Made by a program: the position numbers and the translations under genes
Shown here: in pieces, positions 25,351 to 38,090 of the stretch
How the letters are laid out: every line of letters starts with the position of its first letter
Numbering within the stretch: position 1 is the first letter of the stretch
Source of the DNA: Camelus dromedarius
Taxonomy: Eukaryota
Assembly: GCF_036321535.1 (NCBI RefSeq)
Contig: NC_087436.1
Coordinates: 57,166,001 to 57,230,000 of the forward strand
Length of the DNA stretch: 64,000 bases
Reading direction: 5' to 3'
Notes under the pieces: model-generated
The model's database searches: none
Told to the model about the DNA's origin: nothing
What the model saw: only the letters and a program-made list of their open reading frames with translations

Positions 25351-26934
25351 AGATTCACGTTGAAATTGTACTTTTTTAGTTGTATACAGTAGGCACATAT
25401 TCACCTATTTTAAGTGACCTGTTTAAAAAAAATTCGATGTCAATTAGAAAGAAAAAAATGTTAATTTATATTTTGTTGATTACTGAGGAAGCAAAACATC
25501 AAGTAATGCTTTTTATTAATATTTTCTTTTGTGAATTTGTTGTTTATTTCTTTTATCCATCAAATAAGTTAGCTTATTAATATACTTAATCCAGTTTTAT
25601 CAATTTAATGAAAATATTTTTGAAGGGATCCTCTTGTCATTTTTAAGTATGAAATTGAAAATAAACAACAGAAAAAACTCTCTCTCTGTAGTTAATAGAT
25701 GGCTCCTAAGTGGTTTCTTAGAGTTTTTATGCAGTATCACATGTGTATGCCTCTTACAAGGCATCAGCTAACATTTTCTAGTTTATGCTGGGCCTTATTT
25801 TAGCTTTAATCATTGGGCATATACAAAATGTGTGCACTGATTCACAAACTTCAAATATCCTAATGACCAAGTATCTTTACGGTGGGGTTTGTGTAACAGC
25901 GAGTTAAAATAGAAAAATTCTTAGAATTTTGCCATACCAACACATGACATAGATTTAGGCAGGTACATTTTCAGAACTTAAGACTTAGCCAAAAATTTCA
26001 TACACTAATAGTGGATAGGTAGATTTGCTGGGAGGGAGTTGAAGATAGGCTGCAGTCTGCTACATGTTATGTTGACCCCTAACACATCTAAATTATTTCA
26101 TTTAGGTTTACTGTAGGATGCAGAGAATAGCTGAAAGAGTAGTCTTTAGTCTCCACCCTGAAAAGGACACCCCTGCTTCTCTGAAATCGAAGAGCTGTAT
26201 AGCTGGTCTAGTGATGGCTTCAGGGGACCTACAACATTGAATTGTATATTAATGCCACTTATTTCATTATAGATGTTAGTAGATCATTAGTAGTTAATAG
26301 GTATTAGAAAGGTGTTCAGTTGAAGTTTGAAAGAGAACAGAGTGTGACTACCAGAGCACCCAAGATGTCCCCCAAAGCAGCAAATATTTTGGTGGGTCTT
26401 TTCCTTAACTTTTCAGGCTCAGACATGTAATTCTGTCAACCCTTGAAAAGTAAGAACATATCTCTAGTAGATTATTTCCCAACATGTGTTGGCCCTTCCA
26501 GAATAAAGATAATATATTTCCACCTTGTTGAACTCAGGTGAGGTGAGTTGACTTGCCTTGCTGTTATCACTTCTGGGTAGAGGTTTTTCGTGTTCTCTTT
26601 CTCTGGTGCTACAGTGATAACCTATGACATTCCTGATAGGAACTATTCCGTTAGGCTGGGAATCCAGAGTGGAGATTGCATAGACCAGATCTGTAGAAGC
26701 CTGTGTTGTAATCACTGAGTTTTTTAGGGGTCATTTATCTTAGAATAACTTAATCTATTCTGAGGGATAGAATCTCTCAAGGATGTACTAGTATTATCCA
26801 AGACTGATGTTTATACTAAGAGAAAGTTTGCCATAGAAAGAAAGAATAGAATCCATGTGGACCAGAATATTTCCATGAGCATCACCATTACAGTCTTATG
26901 TGGAGGTAAGACTTCAGTAGCAAGCTGAATTATA

Positions 26935-27065
26935 GACCCAATATCGTTCTTAGTCATGAATTTTTGTTCTTTGAGTGTGGATTTTGTTTCTGGGAATAGC
27001 CATAACCAAAAGTCGTCTGGAGCCAAATGTAATGTGTAAGGTGGTTACACTTTACAATCTCAGAA
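26935..27065 (-). mobile_element. mariner-family DNA transposon remnant (MARNA-like)
   Basis: Minus-strand translation LAPDDFWLWLFPETKSTLKEQKF resembles the mariner transposase C-terminal motif (D)LAPxDFxLFxxLKxxLKGxRF. Confidence 0.75.
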
Positions 27066-27901
27066 AAATGGCTACAAGTGGGAGAGCAATTGTCTACTTT
27101 TTACCTTCTGGCCTGAAAATAATGGGAATTCTCATCCCTCTATTTGCCAAAAACTCAGAGATTTTAAAAATAATTTTTGTAATATTTGACATTATTTTAA
27201 TTAGCTCTAAGACATCTTCATTACGTAATATCCTACGACTTTTTTTCCTGATAATTTAAAATGTTTACCTCAGATGTAATTTCCATTTTGGCTAATGAAG
27301 CTTTGATAAGGATCAGGGTGATTACTTTAGAATAAGGAGTAGAATGGAGTTTTAGACATTTTCTTTGTCATCTTTGAAACTATGTTCATGAAGTTTAAAT
27401 CATTGGCTGAAAAGTAAATAATTCTAGCAAACTGCTTAAGTGTCTTATAGTATCTCAGGTTAAAAATATCTATACAATACATAAATACAAAATTGTCACA
27501 TTATTTTTTATACATACAGATTTATAGATTTGTCTGTTTTGATCAGGTAACTTTGTATTGTCATGAAGATTTGTTTTGTTTTGTTATCTGAGTCTCAAAC
27601 ATATGCTTGTAGAATTCATTTAAGTAGAAAAGTTTCTTCCCTCAGGAGCATTATTAAAACAGATTGTTGTAATCTTTTTGAGGTTCTTGGATTCACTACA
27701 GGACTTTAAATTTCAGAACCTAATAGAAATTAATATTGTCAAAATATAAACTCAAATATCTATTGGCATACTAGCTTTTGCTGAAGATATAAAATATCCA
27801 TAATATTTAGTTAAAAAAAAAAGACCTATACAGATTAAGGGTACCTATAACATCAATCTGAAGGAACATTCACCTAGTATTCTTTAAGTAGTCCTTAATT
27901 A

Positions 27902-27936
27902 TACACTTGATCTTAGCCAAAAGGCCGAGAAGTGAT
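27902..27936 (-). pseudogene. 3'-truncated tailless U2 snRNA retrocopy (nt 1-35)
   Basis: Reverse complement ATCACTTCTCGGCCTTTTGGCTAAGATCAAGTGTA matches the U2 5' end at 34/35. TSD aagtagtccttaattata (27886-27903) / aagtaggctttaattata (27937-27954), 16/18 identical. Confidence 0.95.
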
Positions 27937-27987
27937 AAGTAGGCTTTAATTATAGACACAGAAAAAGTTCACTAGGTGATAAGCATG

Positions 27988-28022
<35 letters not shown>

Positions 28023-28024
28023 CC

Positions 28025-28525
28025 TGTATAGTGGACATTTGCCAATTTGGGGGCGTTTCAGCATCGCAGTCTGTTTTTAATAGCAGTCTCATCTTTCTAC
28101 TGGAGAATGCCCATTGTTTGTGTACTTGATGAGAGACAGAACTCACTTCTCACTGTGGAAACTGAAGGGGTCAGTTTTCTTTCTGTCTGGGGCAGCCAGG
28201 GAGCAGGCATGTGATTTAGACCTAGCCAGTTAGATACTTCTCTCTCTCAGGACTTTGGAAGAGTGAATAAAGGACACAAAGATAGATGAAAGTTATTCAT
28301 TGCATCGTGGTAATCTGCTGATCAAATCCTTCTTGATTAGGGACTGTTGCTGTAGTTCTTTTGCCTTACTCTCAGGAGCCCCATCTCTTATTTTAAAAAG
28401 TTGATTCCTTAGCCTCAGTCAGTTCTTTGACTCTGCTGATTTGCTTCCAGAACATTATCTTCTGCTAAAGTTAGTCATAGTCAATTTCTATGACTTGTCA
28501 CTGAGAAACGTTTCTATTAAAGACA
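28025..28525 (+). mobile_element. old ERVL-type LTR (LTR16-like)
   Basis: gcagccagggagcaggcatgtgatttagacctagccagttaga and 3' end ttctgctaaagttagtcatagtcaatttctatgacttg...aaagaca. Confidence 0.55.
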
Positions 28526-28599
28526 ATGGGAAAAGTTAAAGTTTTGAAATTTACATGATAATCTGAGAATATAACACTCAATTTTAAGGTTTAAGTGAT

Positions 28600-29050
28600 T
28601 ACAAATGAATGCAGTTAAAGCAATTAGGAGGCATCAATTTTAGCCCATCAAATTAGCAAGGATGAAAAGGACAAACAAAACTCTAAGGAGAGAAGAGCAA
28701 ACTCTCTTATACACTGTTGAAAATTTGATGCTAGTACTAATTTATAGTGCAGTTTGGTATAAGTCAACATTTAAAATGAGCATGTCCTTCAATTTAGCAA
28801 TTCTGCTCCAAGTGCTGACTTCTGAAAAGATAATTGCCCTTGTTAGAAAAGATATGTGCACATGGGTGTTCACTGAAGTAGTTTGGAAAGCCTAACATTG
28901 GCAAAACTTCAAATGTCCATCAAAGAAATTGTGTAAATAAATTGTAGCACATACATACAATATTGTATTTTGTAGTCATTAAAATATGTAGGAATATCTA
29001 TATTTGTTGACAGATAAAAATATCCATGACATTTTTGATGAATTTTAAAT
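28600..29050 (+). mobile_element. ancient L1ME-like 3' fragment
   Basis: ttttagcccatcaaattagcaagg...actctcttatacactgttg...ttagcaattctgctcc...aaatgtccatcaa. Confidence 0.65.
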
Positions 29051-29099
29051 TTTAGAATAATTTTAGATTTATATTAAAATGTGCTAAAATTTGTCTAGC

Positions 29100-30390
29100 A
29101 TCTCAAGAAACTCTGAATAGCCAAAAACTTCTTGAAAAAGAAGAATAAAGTTGGAGGTCTTAACAATTCCTGATTTCAAAACTTATTATGAAGCTAAAAT
29201 AGTCAAAACAGTGTGGTACTGACATAAATACAGACATGTAGACCAAGTAAACAGATTAGACAGTCCAAAAACAAACTAGCAAATGAGATCAAATGATTTT
29301 CAACAAGGGTGCCAACATGATTCAACGGGGAAAGGGTAGTCTCCCTCTTTAACAAATAATGTTAGGAAAACTGGATATCCACAAGCAAAAAAATTAAGTT
29401 GAACCTTATCTAACACCACATACAAAAATTAACTCAAAAGGATTAACGATCTAACCCTGAGACCTAAATTAGAAATAGAATTACCATATGATCCAACAAT
29501 TCCATTTCTGGGTATATATTCAAAAGAATTGAAAGCAGGGTCTCAAAGAGATATTTATACACCTGTGTTCATAGCATCACTATTCATCACAGCCAACAGG
29601 TGGAAGCAACCCAAATGTTAATGGATGGATACACACACACACACACACACACTTCAACCTTAACAAGAAGGGAAACTTTGACTGTTTTGGACTGAATGTT
29701 TGTGTCCCCTACAAATCATATGTTGAAATCCTAATCCCCAATGTGATGGTATTAGGAGGCAAGGCCTTTGGGAGGAAATTAGGTTTAGATAAGGTCATGA
29801 GGGTGGAGCTCCCATGATGGAATTCGTGTCCTAATAATAAGAAGAAGAGACTTGAGCTCTCTCGCTCCACCATATGAGGAAATAGCAAGAAGTCTGCAAG
29901 CTAGGAAGAGAACCTGACCATGCTGGCACTCTGATCTCAGACTTCCCAGCCTCCAGAACTGTGAGAAATAAATATCTGTGGTTTAAGCCACAATCTATGG
30001 TATCTTGTTACAGCAGCCCAAGCTGACTAGGGCACAGACACCTACTACAGAATGGATGAACCTTATGCTAATAAGCTAGTCACAAAAAGACAAATATTGT
30101 ATGATTCCTTTTACATGAGGTATTCAGAGAAGTCAAATCCATAGAGATAGAAAGTAGAATGGTGGTTGCCAGGGGCTGGGGGAAGGAGAAATAAGGAGTT
30201 GTTTAATGGGTATAGGGTTTTAGTTTTGCGAAATGAAAAAGTTGACATTGGCTGAACAACAGTGAGAATGTACCTAACACTATGGAACTTCATACTTGGA
30301 AATGGATATGATAGTAAATTTTACGTTAAATGTGAAAAAAATGGAACCATTTGAATGTATTCAAAATGAATAAAATTTAAATTTAAAAAG
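29100..30390 (+). mobile_element. LINE-1 (L1MB-like) ORF2 and 3' UTR fragment, with (CA)n and nested LTR
   Basis: cctgatttcaaaacttattatgaagc...aaaacagtgtggtactg (PDFKTYY..KTVWY); gaattaccatatgatccaacaattcc; cacaaaaagacaaatattgtatgattcc. Confidence 0.9.
29683..30034 (+). mobile_element. MaLR LTR (MLT1A-like)
   Basis: TG...CA ends; ggactgaatgtttgtgtccc...cagcctccagaactgtgagaaataaat...tttaagcca. Confidence 0.9.
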
Positions 30391-30399
30391 AAAAACACT

Positions 30400-31790
30400 G
30401 TGAACATAGTACAAAGTTCCTATATAGCCCTCACCCAGTTTCCCTTATTGTTAACATCTTACATTAGTATGGTACATTGGTCACCACTGATGAACCAGTA
30501 TTGACACATTACTGATAAACAACCTCCACAGATTATTCAGATATCACTAAGTTTTCCCTAATGTCCTTTTTTCTGTTCCAGGATCCTATCCAGGATACAC
30601 ATTACACTTAGTCATCATGTCTCCTTAGCATCTTTTTTTCTGTGATATTTTCTCAGACTTTCCTTTTTTTTGAAGAGTGCTAGTTAGATATTTTGTAGAA
30701 TGTCCCTCAGTTTGGCATTGCCCCAGATTTTGGGTGTTTGGGAGGATGATCAGGGAGGCATCACATCACGTTAAGTATATTTGCTATCAACTTGACTTAT
30801 AACTGATGACGTTAACCTTGATCATCTGGCCAAGATAATATCTGTCAGGTTTCTGCACTGTAAAGTTATTCTTTTGTTTGTTTAAAAAAAAAGAGATTTC
30901 CATCCTCTGCTCTTTGTAAACAAGTCACTAAGTGCAGCCTACAATCAAGGGGTGGTGGGAGTTAGGCTTCACCTTCTTGAAGGGGTGAGTACCCATGTAA
31001 ACTGTTTGGAATTCTTTTATATGGGAGATTTGTCTCTTCTCTTCTACTTAATTCATTTTTGTAATCATTTTTATGTAAGTATAGGCTCAGATATTTATTT
31101 TATACTTTGAGTTATAATTCAATACTATGTTATTTGTTTGGTTACTTAAATTGTTCTCCGGTGTCATATTGGCTTCTGTGTTCCCTGCCCTCCCCCACCT
31201 TTTTTGAGTATTTTCTTACTATTTGGCACTACAAGATGCTCCAGTATCATCTCACATTTTTCCTCCCCTTGTTCTAGAATTGGTCATTTTGTCAATGATC
31301 CATGGTTCCTTTTATTGGAGAATAGTAATAAGAAAACCAAGTTCTGGGTTCTAGAGTTGTTCACTGCTACTGTGATGTCATTGTTTCTAGGGCCTCTCAG
31401 CAGACAGAGCTAGAAAATATATGTATGTATACTTACCTGTGTATGTGTGCATATGTATAGTTATTGCTTTATCTATCCCTCTATATCTGTATTAACTTAA
31501 AATGAGATCAGACTGATGACTTCAAATCTAATCTAGTATCACATGTTTCATTCTTGCCTTCCGCCTCCTCTCTATATTCCTTTTTTCCAACAGCGAGAAG
31601 TCTGCTCCCACCATCAGCTATACATTTACCTATTTGTTCAGTCCCCCTATACATGTATAGCAAGTTCAGAATTATTAGCTTGTATGCCTGTGAGAAATGA
31701 CTTAGCTGACTAGGTACAGTGGTTATGTATAGTTCCTTTTTGCTTTAGTCTTACAAAATGTCCAGTCAAAATGTAAAATTATTGAAGAAT
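30400..31790 (-). mobile_element. L1MC-like 3' UTR
   Basis: cacccagtttcccttattgttaacatcttacattagtatggtaca...ctgttccaggatcctatccaggatac...ggccctctcagc-like motifs. Confidence 0.75.
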
Positions 31791-32220
31791 AATTTTCAAG
31801 ACAGTGCTTAAACTTTCTTTTTTAAAAATCTTTTAAAAATTATATGAAATATATATAACTACATTAATGTTACTAAAAATTAAAGTAATATAGAAGAACA
31901 TAGCACAAAACATGGTTAAGAATTCGGTTTATGTCCTTCCAATCCTCCTACAGTGATGTGTATGTGCACACATGTGTGCGTGTGTATATATAATAAATAC
32001 ATAAAATATTAAGAGGTATATACATGTATATAAATAGATATATTAGTTATATCTATATATATAATAATAGATATATTTAGTTCTCTGATATGCATTAATA
32101 TATGACTTGCTTTTTTGAAAATAATTCATTCTATGTGCACATATCATCTACTTTTAAGTGTTATTTTATGATGTGATTGTACCAATGTTTATTTACTTGT
32201 TCCCCTATACATTAAGTGGC

Positions 32221-32661
32221 TGTATTAGTTTCCTAGGGCTGCTATAACAAAGTAACACAAATTAAGTGGCTTAACACAAAGAAGTTTATTGTCTCATAGT
32301 TTGGAGGCCAGAAGTCTGAAATCAAGGTGTCCACTGGGCCATGCTCTCTCTGACGGTTCTAGGAGAGAATCATCCCTTTCCTCTTCTAGCTTCTGGTGTC
32401 TTTGGGCCATCCTTGGTGGTCTTGGCTAGTAGATGCATCACTCCAGTCACATGGCCATCTTTTCCCTGTGTGTCTTCACATCATCTTCCCTCTGTGTGTG
32501 CCTGTATTTACAAAGTGTTCTCTCTTATAAGGACACCAGTCATGTTGCATTGGGGCCCATCCTACTTGAGTATGACCTCATCTTAACCAATGAGCCTATT
32601 TCCAAATAAGGTCACATTCCAAGGAATTGGGAGTTAAAGGGACACAATTCAACCTATAACA
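32221..32661 (-). mobile_element. MaLR LTR (MLT1B/C-like), full length with perfect TSD
   Basis: tgtattagtttcctagggctgc...gacacaattcaacctataaca. 5-bp TSD gtggc at 32216-32220 and 32662-32666. It sits in an L1ME-like fragment (~31820-32900). Confidence 0.92.
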
Positions 32662-33659
32662 GTGGCTTTCTCATTTTTTTGTGTTAAAGGTATTAACATG
32701 ATGAAAGTAATTGTGTGTATATTTTTGTGTACATATATGATAGTGTCTTCAGGTAGATTCTCAGAAGAGGAATTGTTGGGTCAAATGGTATGTACCTTAA
32801 AATTTTTGTAACATTCTGCTAAACTGTCTTTCCAAAAGGATAAATTCATTTACTATCTTCCCAGCACTGCATGAGAGAGCCTGTTCCCCCAAATGCCTAC
32901 GTTGTCATTAAAAACAAAATTCCCTTTTACTGGGACAAAACATTATCTTAATAAAGAGGTAGACAGACTGTTTTACTTTTTAGCCCTAAAGTAGCTTTGA
33001 TTGTGTCCTAAATCTTTCATAGTAAATTCTCTTAACTTTTCTCCAAAACCTCAGAAGGGCAAAAAAAACTAGCTCTTGGGTCTTAGTGGCTGATACACTC
33101 ATCCCTTCTTGTCTGTTCTCTCATCTGTCCTTTGGGTTCAATAATCCCAAACTCTCCATTTCTTTTCTCAACTGAAAAACAAAAATGAAAAAAATCTCCT
33201 ACACTTAATGGATACAAATAGATTTTGAGGGTGGAGGTTGAAAAATGCTATTTATACTAATAGTTTCTGGGCTTCAGTTAAGGTGGTGAAAAGGTCCATT
33301 ATCCATCCTCCATTCCCTAGTTTGATTTTTGTAGACTCTTGCAAAATGTCCATCATAGTCTAAGAATCTGTCCTCAGAGCTTGGAGAGAGATACTGTGGC
33401 ACTTTTTTGAGGGGCAGTGACTCCCATTTGTCATTTATCTTCTCTTGCAAGGCTTCCTGGTACTCATACCTGTGCTTGGTATGACCTCCAGACACAGTTG
33501 ATGGGAGCATGAATAAGGGAAACTCTTTACATTTCAGTCACCCACATCAACCTGCTCTCCCCCTCTACTGGGTGAAAGTCTTCTGTTTTAGAGGTAGACC
33601 ATTTTTATATTCACTCTCTGCCACTCTGAGTGGCTTAGCCTTTACATAGGTTGTAACAG

Positions 33660-35430
33660 TTCTCCAGAGGGTTGTCCTGGAGAACTCAGCTGAATATTGA
33701 TCTGCGCATGAAGCCAGGAAAAGAACCAGCCAAAAAGATAAAAGGGAACAGTACCAAATTTTACATAGGGTCAGGAATAGAGCCTGTTCCTATCAGCCAG
33801 AATAGAAAACCTTACAATACACAGGGTATTGAGTAGGTAGTTTAGTCCTAGATTAAACACAACTTTGGTTTTACTTAACAAATCTTAGAAGCAATGCCAA
33901 AAAGAATTAAACAAAACTCCAGAATGTTTATAAGAATACAAAAATATCTAGCAGCCGGCAAGATAACATTTACAATTTCTGGAATCAATAAAAAATTACC
34001 AGGCAGGCAAAGAAGCAGGAAAATATAATGCATAATGAGGAGAAAAGTCAATCAATCAAAACTGACCCAAAATGACACAGATGTCATCATTAGCAGATGA
34101 GGACATGAAAATAGTTATTACATACAGTATATGCCATAAGCTAAAGGAAAGACTGAATTTGTTGAAACGTGAAAGATTTTTAAAAAATCAAGTGAATTTC
34201 TAGAGATGAAAATTACAATGTCTGACATGAAAAATATACTGGAGGAAATAATGGCAAACTAAATATTGCAGAAGAAAACATTAGTGAACTTGAAGACATA
34301 TAAATAGAAACTATCCAAAATGAAGAATGAAGAAAAACTTAAAAAAAGAAAAGGGAATAGAGTAGTATTGGTTAGTTATGGAATAGCTTCAAGAAGAATA
34401 TACATGTAATTTAAGTCCCCAAAGGAGGGAAGAAGTTTAAAAAATATATTTGAAGAAATAGTGTCTGAAATTTTCCATATTTGATGAAAACCATAAGCCA
34501 TAGGTCCAAGAAGCTCAACAATCTCTAATCACAAGAAACATGAATAAAGGTGATATCACAGCATGTAATAATTAAGTTGCTGAAAACCAGTGATTTTGAT
34601 GAAAAATCAAATTTTCAAGAGAATATCTTGAAAGCAGCCAGAAAAAAAAGACAGTTATGTACAAAGGACTAAGAATAAGAACAACAGTGGATTTCTTGTC
34701 AAAAAATAATTCAAGTAATATAGTAAAGCAGCACCTTTAAGGTACTGGAAGAAAAAAACTAGAATTCTATACCCAGCAAAAATATCTTTCAAAAATGAAA
34801 GTGAGATACTTTTTCAGAGATTTAAAAGCTGAAAGAATTCATTATCAGTAGACTTGTGGTACAAGAAATGCTAAAGGAAGTCCTTCATGAAGATGGGAAA
34901 TGACACCTGATAGAAATGTAGATCTATACAAAGGAATAAAGGGCACTGGAAAGGCCAATTGCATAGGTAAATATGTAAGTTTTTTCTTATTACTTAAATT
35001 TTTAAGAAGATAATTGACTAAACAAAATTAATAATAATGTATTGTGAAAATTATTCACATATAAAACTAAAATGTATGACAAATAGCACATAGGCTGGAA
35101 AGGGAGAAATGGAAGTATATTACTGTAAGGTTGTAATGCTATTGGTGAAGTGGAATGATATTACTTGAAGGTAGAGAGTGATAAGTTAAAGATGAATACT
35201 ATAAGCCCTTAAGCTACCATTAAAATAAGACAGAGACATAATTAATAAGCTGAAAAAGAGAAATAAATGGAATCATAGAAAAGAATTAATCCAAAGCAAA
35301 TCCAAGGAAGAGGAAAAGAGAACCAAGAACAGATGGGACAAACACAAAACAGATATCAAGATTGCAGATTTAAACCCAACCCTACCAATAATCACAATAA
35401 ATATAATTGGTTTAAGAAAATAGAAGACAT
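33660..35430 (+). mobile_element. old LINE-1 5' region/ORF1 and inter-ORF segment (degenerate)
   Basis: A-rich. ctagaattctatacccagcaaaaatatctttcaaaaatgaa corresponds to ORF1 C-terminal RILYPAKISFKNE; tcttgaaagcagccaga corresponds to LKAAR. Confidence 0.85.
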
Positions 35431-35850
35431 TGTAGAGGTGCAGGTATTTGTTTACCAGAAATATCATTTCCCCCTTTCTTAAATAACAGAACTCTTAAGT
35501 TTTACCTTTGTACATGATTGCCCAATAGAGATGACATTTCCCAGCCACCTTTGCAGTCTTGTAGCCATATGACTTAAGTCCTGGCCAAAGATCCATGAGC
35601 TGAGGTGTTGTGTACCACTTTGAGGATGTGCCCTTAAAAGAAGTGGTATTGTGCACTCTTTGCTTTTTCCCCTTTTCCACAGGCTGGGAGATGGGGAGAG
35701 GTGGAACAGCCACCTTGGACCATCCTGTAACTGCATAAAGAAAGGACATGTTGAGGATGGCAGGGCTATCCTATCAGCCCTCAACTACATACCTCTGAAC
35801 TGGCTCAAGAAAGAGCAGTGCATTTCTATCGTATTTAAGCTGCTTTCTTA
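35431..35850 (+). mobile_element. old MaLR LTR (MLT1I/J-like)
   Basis: catttcccagccacctttgcag...catatgacttaagtcctggccaa...cagccaccttggaccat. Confidence 0.7.
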
Positions 35851-36210
35851 ATTTGGGTTGCCCCAAATCATACTTTGAGGCAAGGACTTGGATGCAGTTA
35901 ATTTATTTGGGAAGTCATGTTAGGAAGCAAAGGCAAGAGAGAAAAGACAATAATGGATGCATTAATGTGTGGGTAACTACTGTGGGCACATCCCATTGAG
36001 GACTCACTGAGAAACTCATCTCAAAATCATCCAGCAGTAAGCTGGGATTCTGGAACATTTGTCAGCTGATTCCCCCACCCGTTGATTGAGGGTGTCTCCT
36101 TTCCAGGGTATTTACTTTCTAGAACTGTCAGTGTTCCAGAAACCGCCTTCATGTGCTGCTGTAGGTGAAATAGTCTGCAGAATGGGGTGGCATCAACAGT
36201 GTCTATGTAA
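35851..36210. mobile_element. old ERVL-type LTR fragment
   Basis: gggttgccccaaatcatactttgaggcaaggacttggatgcagttaatttatttgggaag resembles the LTR33/40/41-group ends. Confidence 0.5.
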
Positions 36211-37489
36211 TACAGCCTTATTCTTATAAGTGTGCTTTCTCATGTAAAAGTAGCCCAGCTATCACAATTAGAATGGGACATTTCTGATAAGAAATAATTA
36301 TTTACTAATTTGCTCCTGAGGTATAGAATTCTACCATTTCAAAAAGTAGTGCAGAATCAAGAATACTGCTTTATGGAATAAGGATAAGCATTATACTGTA
36401 TAGTCTGATTTGTTGACATCAACTACACTTCATGAATTTGGTGTGAAAACATTGACTTATGGCCTTTAATTTTAGTAATTACCTATTGTCCCAATATTTG
36501 ATTAAATTTTAAGGTCTGGCTGATCATTTCTTTCAGTATTTATTACGGATATTCTGGCATCATGGATTAACTAATTATAACATAAGTTTTCAGGCTCTTT
36601 ACGTTTTTGTTACCTTACAAATTCCTAGACATCATACGTTAAATATTTTTACTAGTAAATGTAATATCTGCTTTATGTTGAGGTAATAAGTTTTGTGCCC
36701 AGTGCATGGCCTTTGGCTTCTCATTTAAAGCACAGTAGGTGTAAATTAATATATCACAGCACAGCTTTTCTGAAGGCTGTTAACTAGGCTGTGCCTACAA
36801 GCTGGTTTGCAGTGGAGAAACTCCTCTTCTAAAAGAGCCACCACTTTGTGCTTGTGTCCAAAATTTAAAGACTTCTTTCTTGGATGTACCATATGTTTCA
36901 CAGCTTCTACTTTGTAGAGCTTTTAAGAGAGCTATTGGAGAATTTTAAGGATTTCAGGTAAGAAATTGTTTATTTTTATACTGCTAATAATTAGGAAGTT
37001 AATTTTTCATTACTAGGATTTTAAAACTATGTATTTTGGGAAAATGTTAGTGTAATATCTGATATTCATTTCAAAATCATTTTGGGGGGCATGAAGAGTG
37101 CTAAAATTTTTTTAAATTGTATTTTGAAAAAAGAGTATAAGTGGAAATCAAAGAATATTCAAAAATGAATGACTACCTTTTTATTTTTGAAAAATATTTC
37201 TTTAATAATAACATTTGGGCATATCAGACAAGTTAGTTTTAACACATCTAAAATTTTAGAAATTAGGTTACAAAATTATTCCCTCCATTACAATAGGGTG
37301 TCAAAATCCAGTGCTATTGGATTCCATAGCTAATCCCCAAACCAGAAACTCAACAACTATACAACTAAGGTAAACACTTCCAATAAGTATAACATAGAGG
37401 AACACATGTTCAAAATCCTCTGATGTGATGGCTAACTGTGGATTAAATGGTATTTATTTACAGTGATATATGCTTTACAGTCATAGATT

Positions 37490-38090
37490 AATGCTGCAAG
37501 ATAAGGCTTTGGGATAAATAATTATTCCTGTATGCTGTTCATGGGAATATCAGTTAGTGTAAACTTATGTATAAGGTAATTTGCTAATATCTCTCAACAA
37601 TTAAAATACATATGCCTTTGATCCATCAGTTTTATTGCTAAGAATTCATCCCACTTGAATATACAAAAATATGTGTACATGCGTGCTCATTTCAGTATAT
37701 TGCAGTGTAAGACCTGGAAGGAACTTAAATCTGTATTAATAGGAAATTGCTAAGTAAATAATAGTACAGTTGTGCATGAAATAACATTTAACTATTACAA
37801 AGAATGAAGTTACTTTTATGTGCCAACACGGAAGATTTTCCAGCATACATTTCTAAGGGAGAAAAGATAATGCAATAGGTATGTTATGTTTTTCAAATGC
37901 ACAAAATAAATATGTGCATATTTGTTTTCTTAAATATGGCCACCAGATTTCTATAATGAGATCCAAGGAATTTATTAATTTTACCTCCAGGGAGTAGGAC
38001 TTGGGGTTGGTGTAGAGGGAGGTATTTATTTTTATTTTACTGCCTTGAGTCTATTTGAATTAATTTAAAAAATCACATGCACGTGTTTTT
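37490..38090 (+). mobile_element. ancient L1ME-like 3' fragment
   Basis: atatgcctttgatccatcagttttattgctaagaatt...taaataatagtaca...aagaatgaag. Confidence 0.6.

Noticed and set aside
33274..33510. 78-aa minus-strand ORF with protein-like composition
   Set aside because: No recognisable homology, no supporting exon structure or retrocopy hallmarks, and a length expected by chance.
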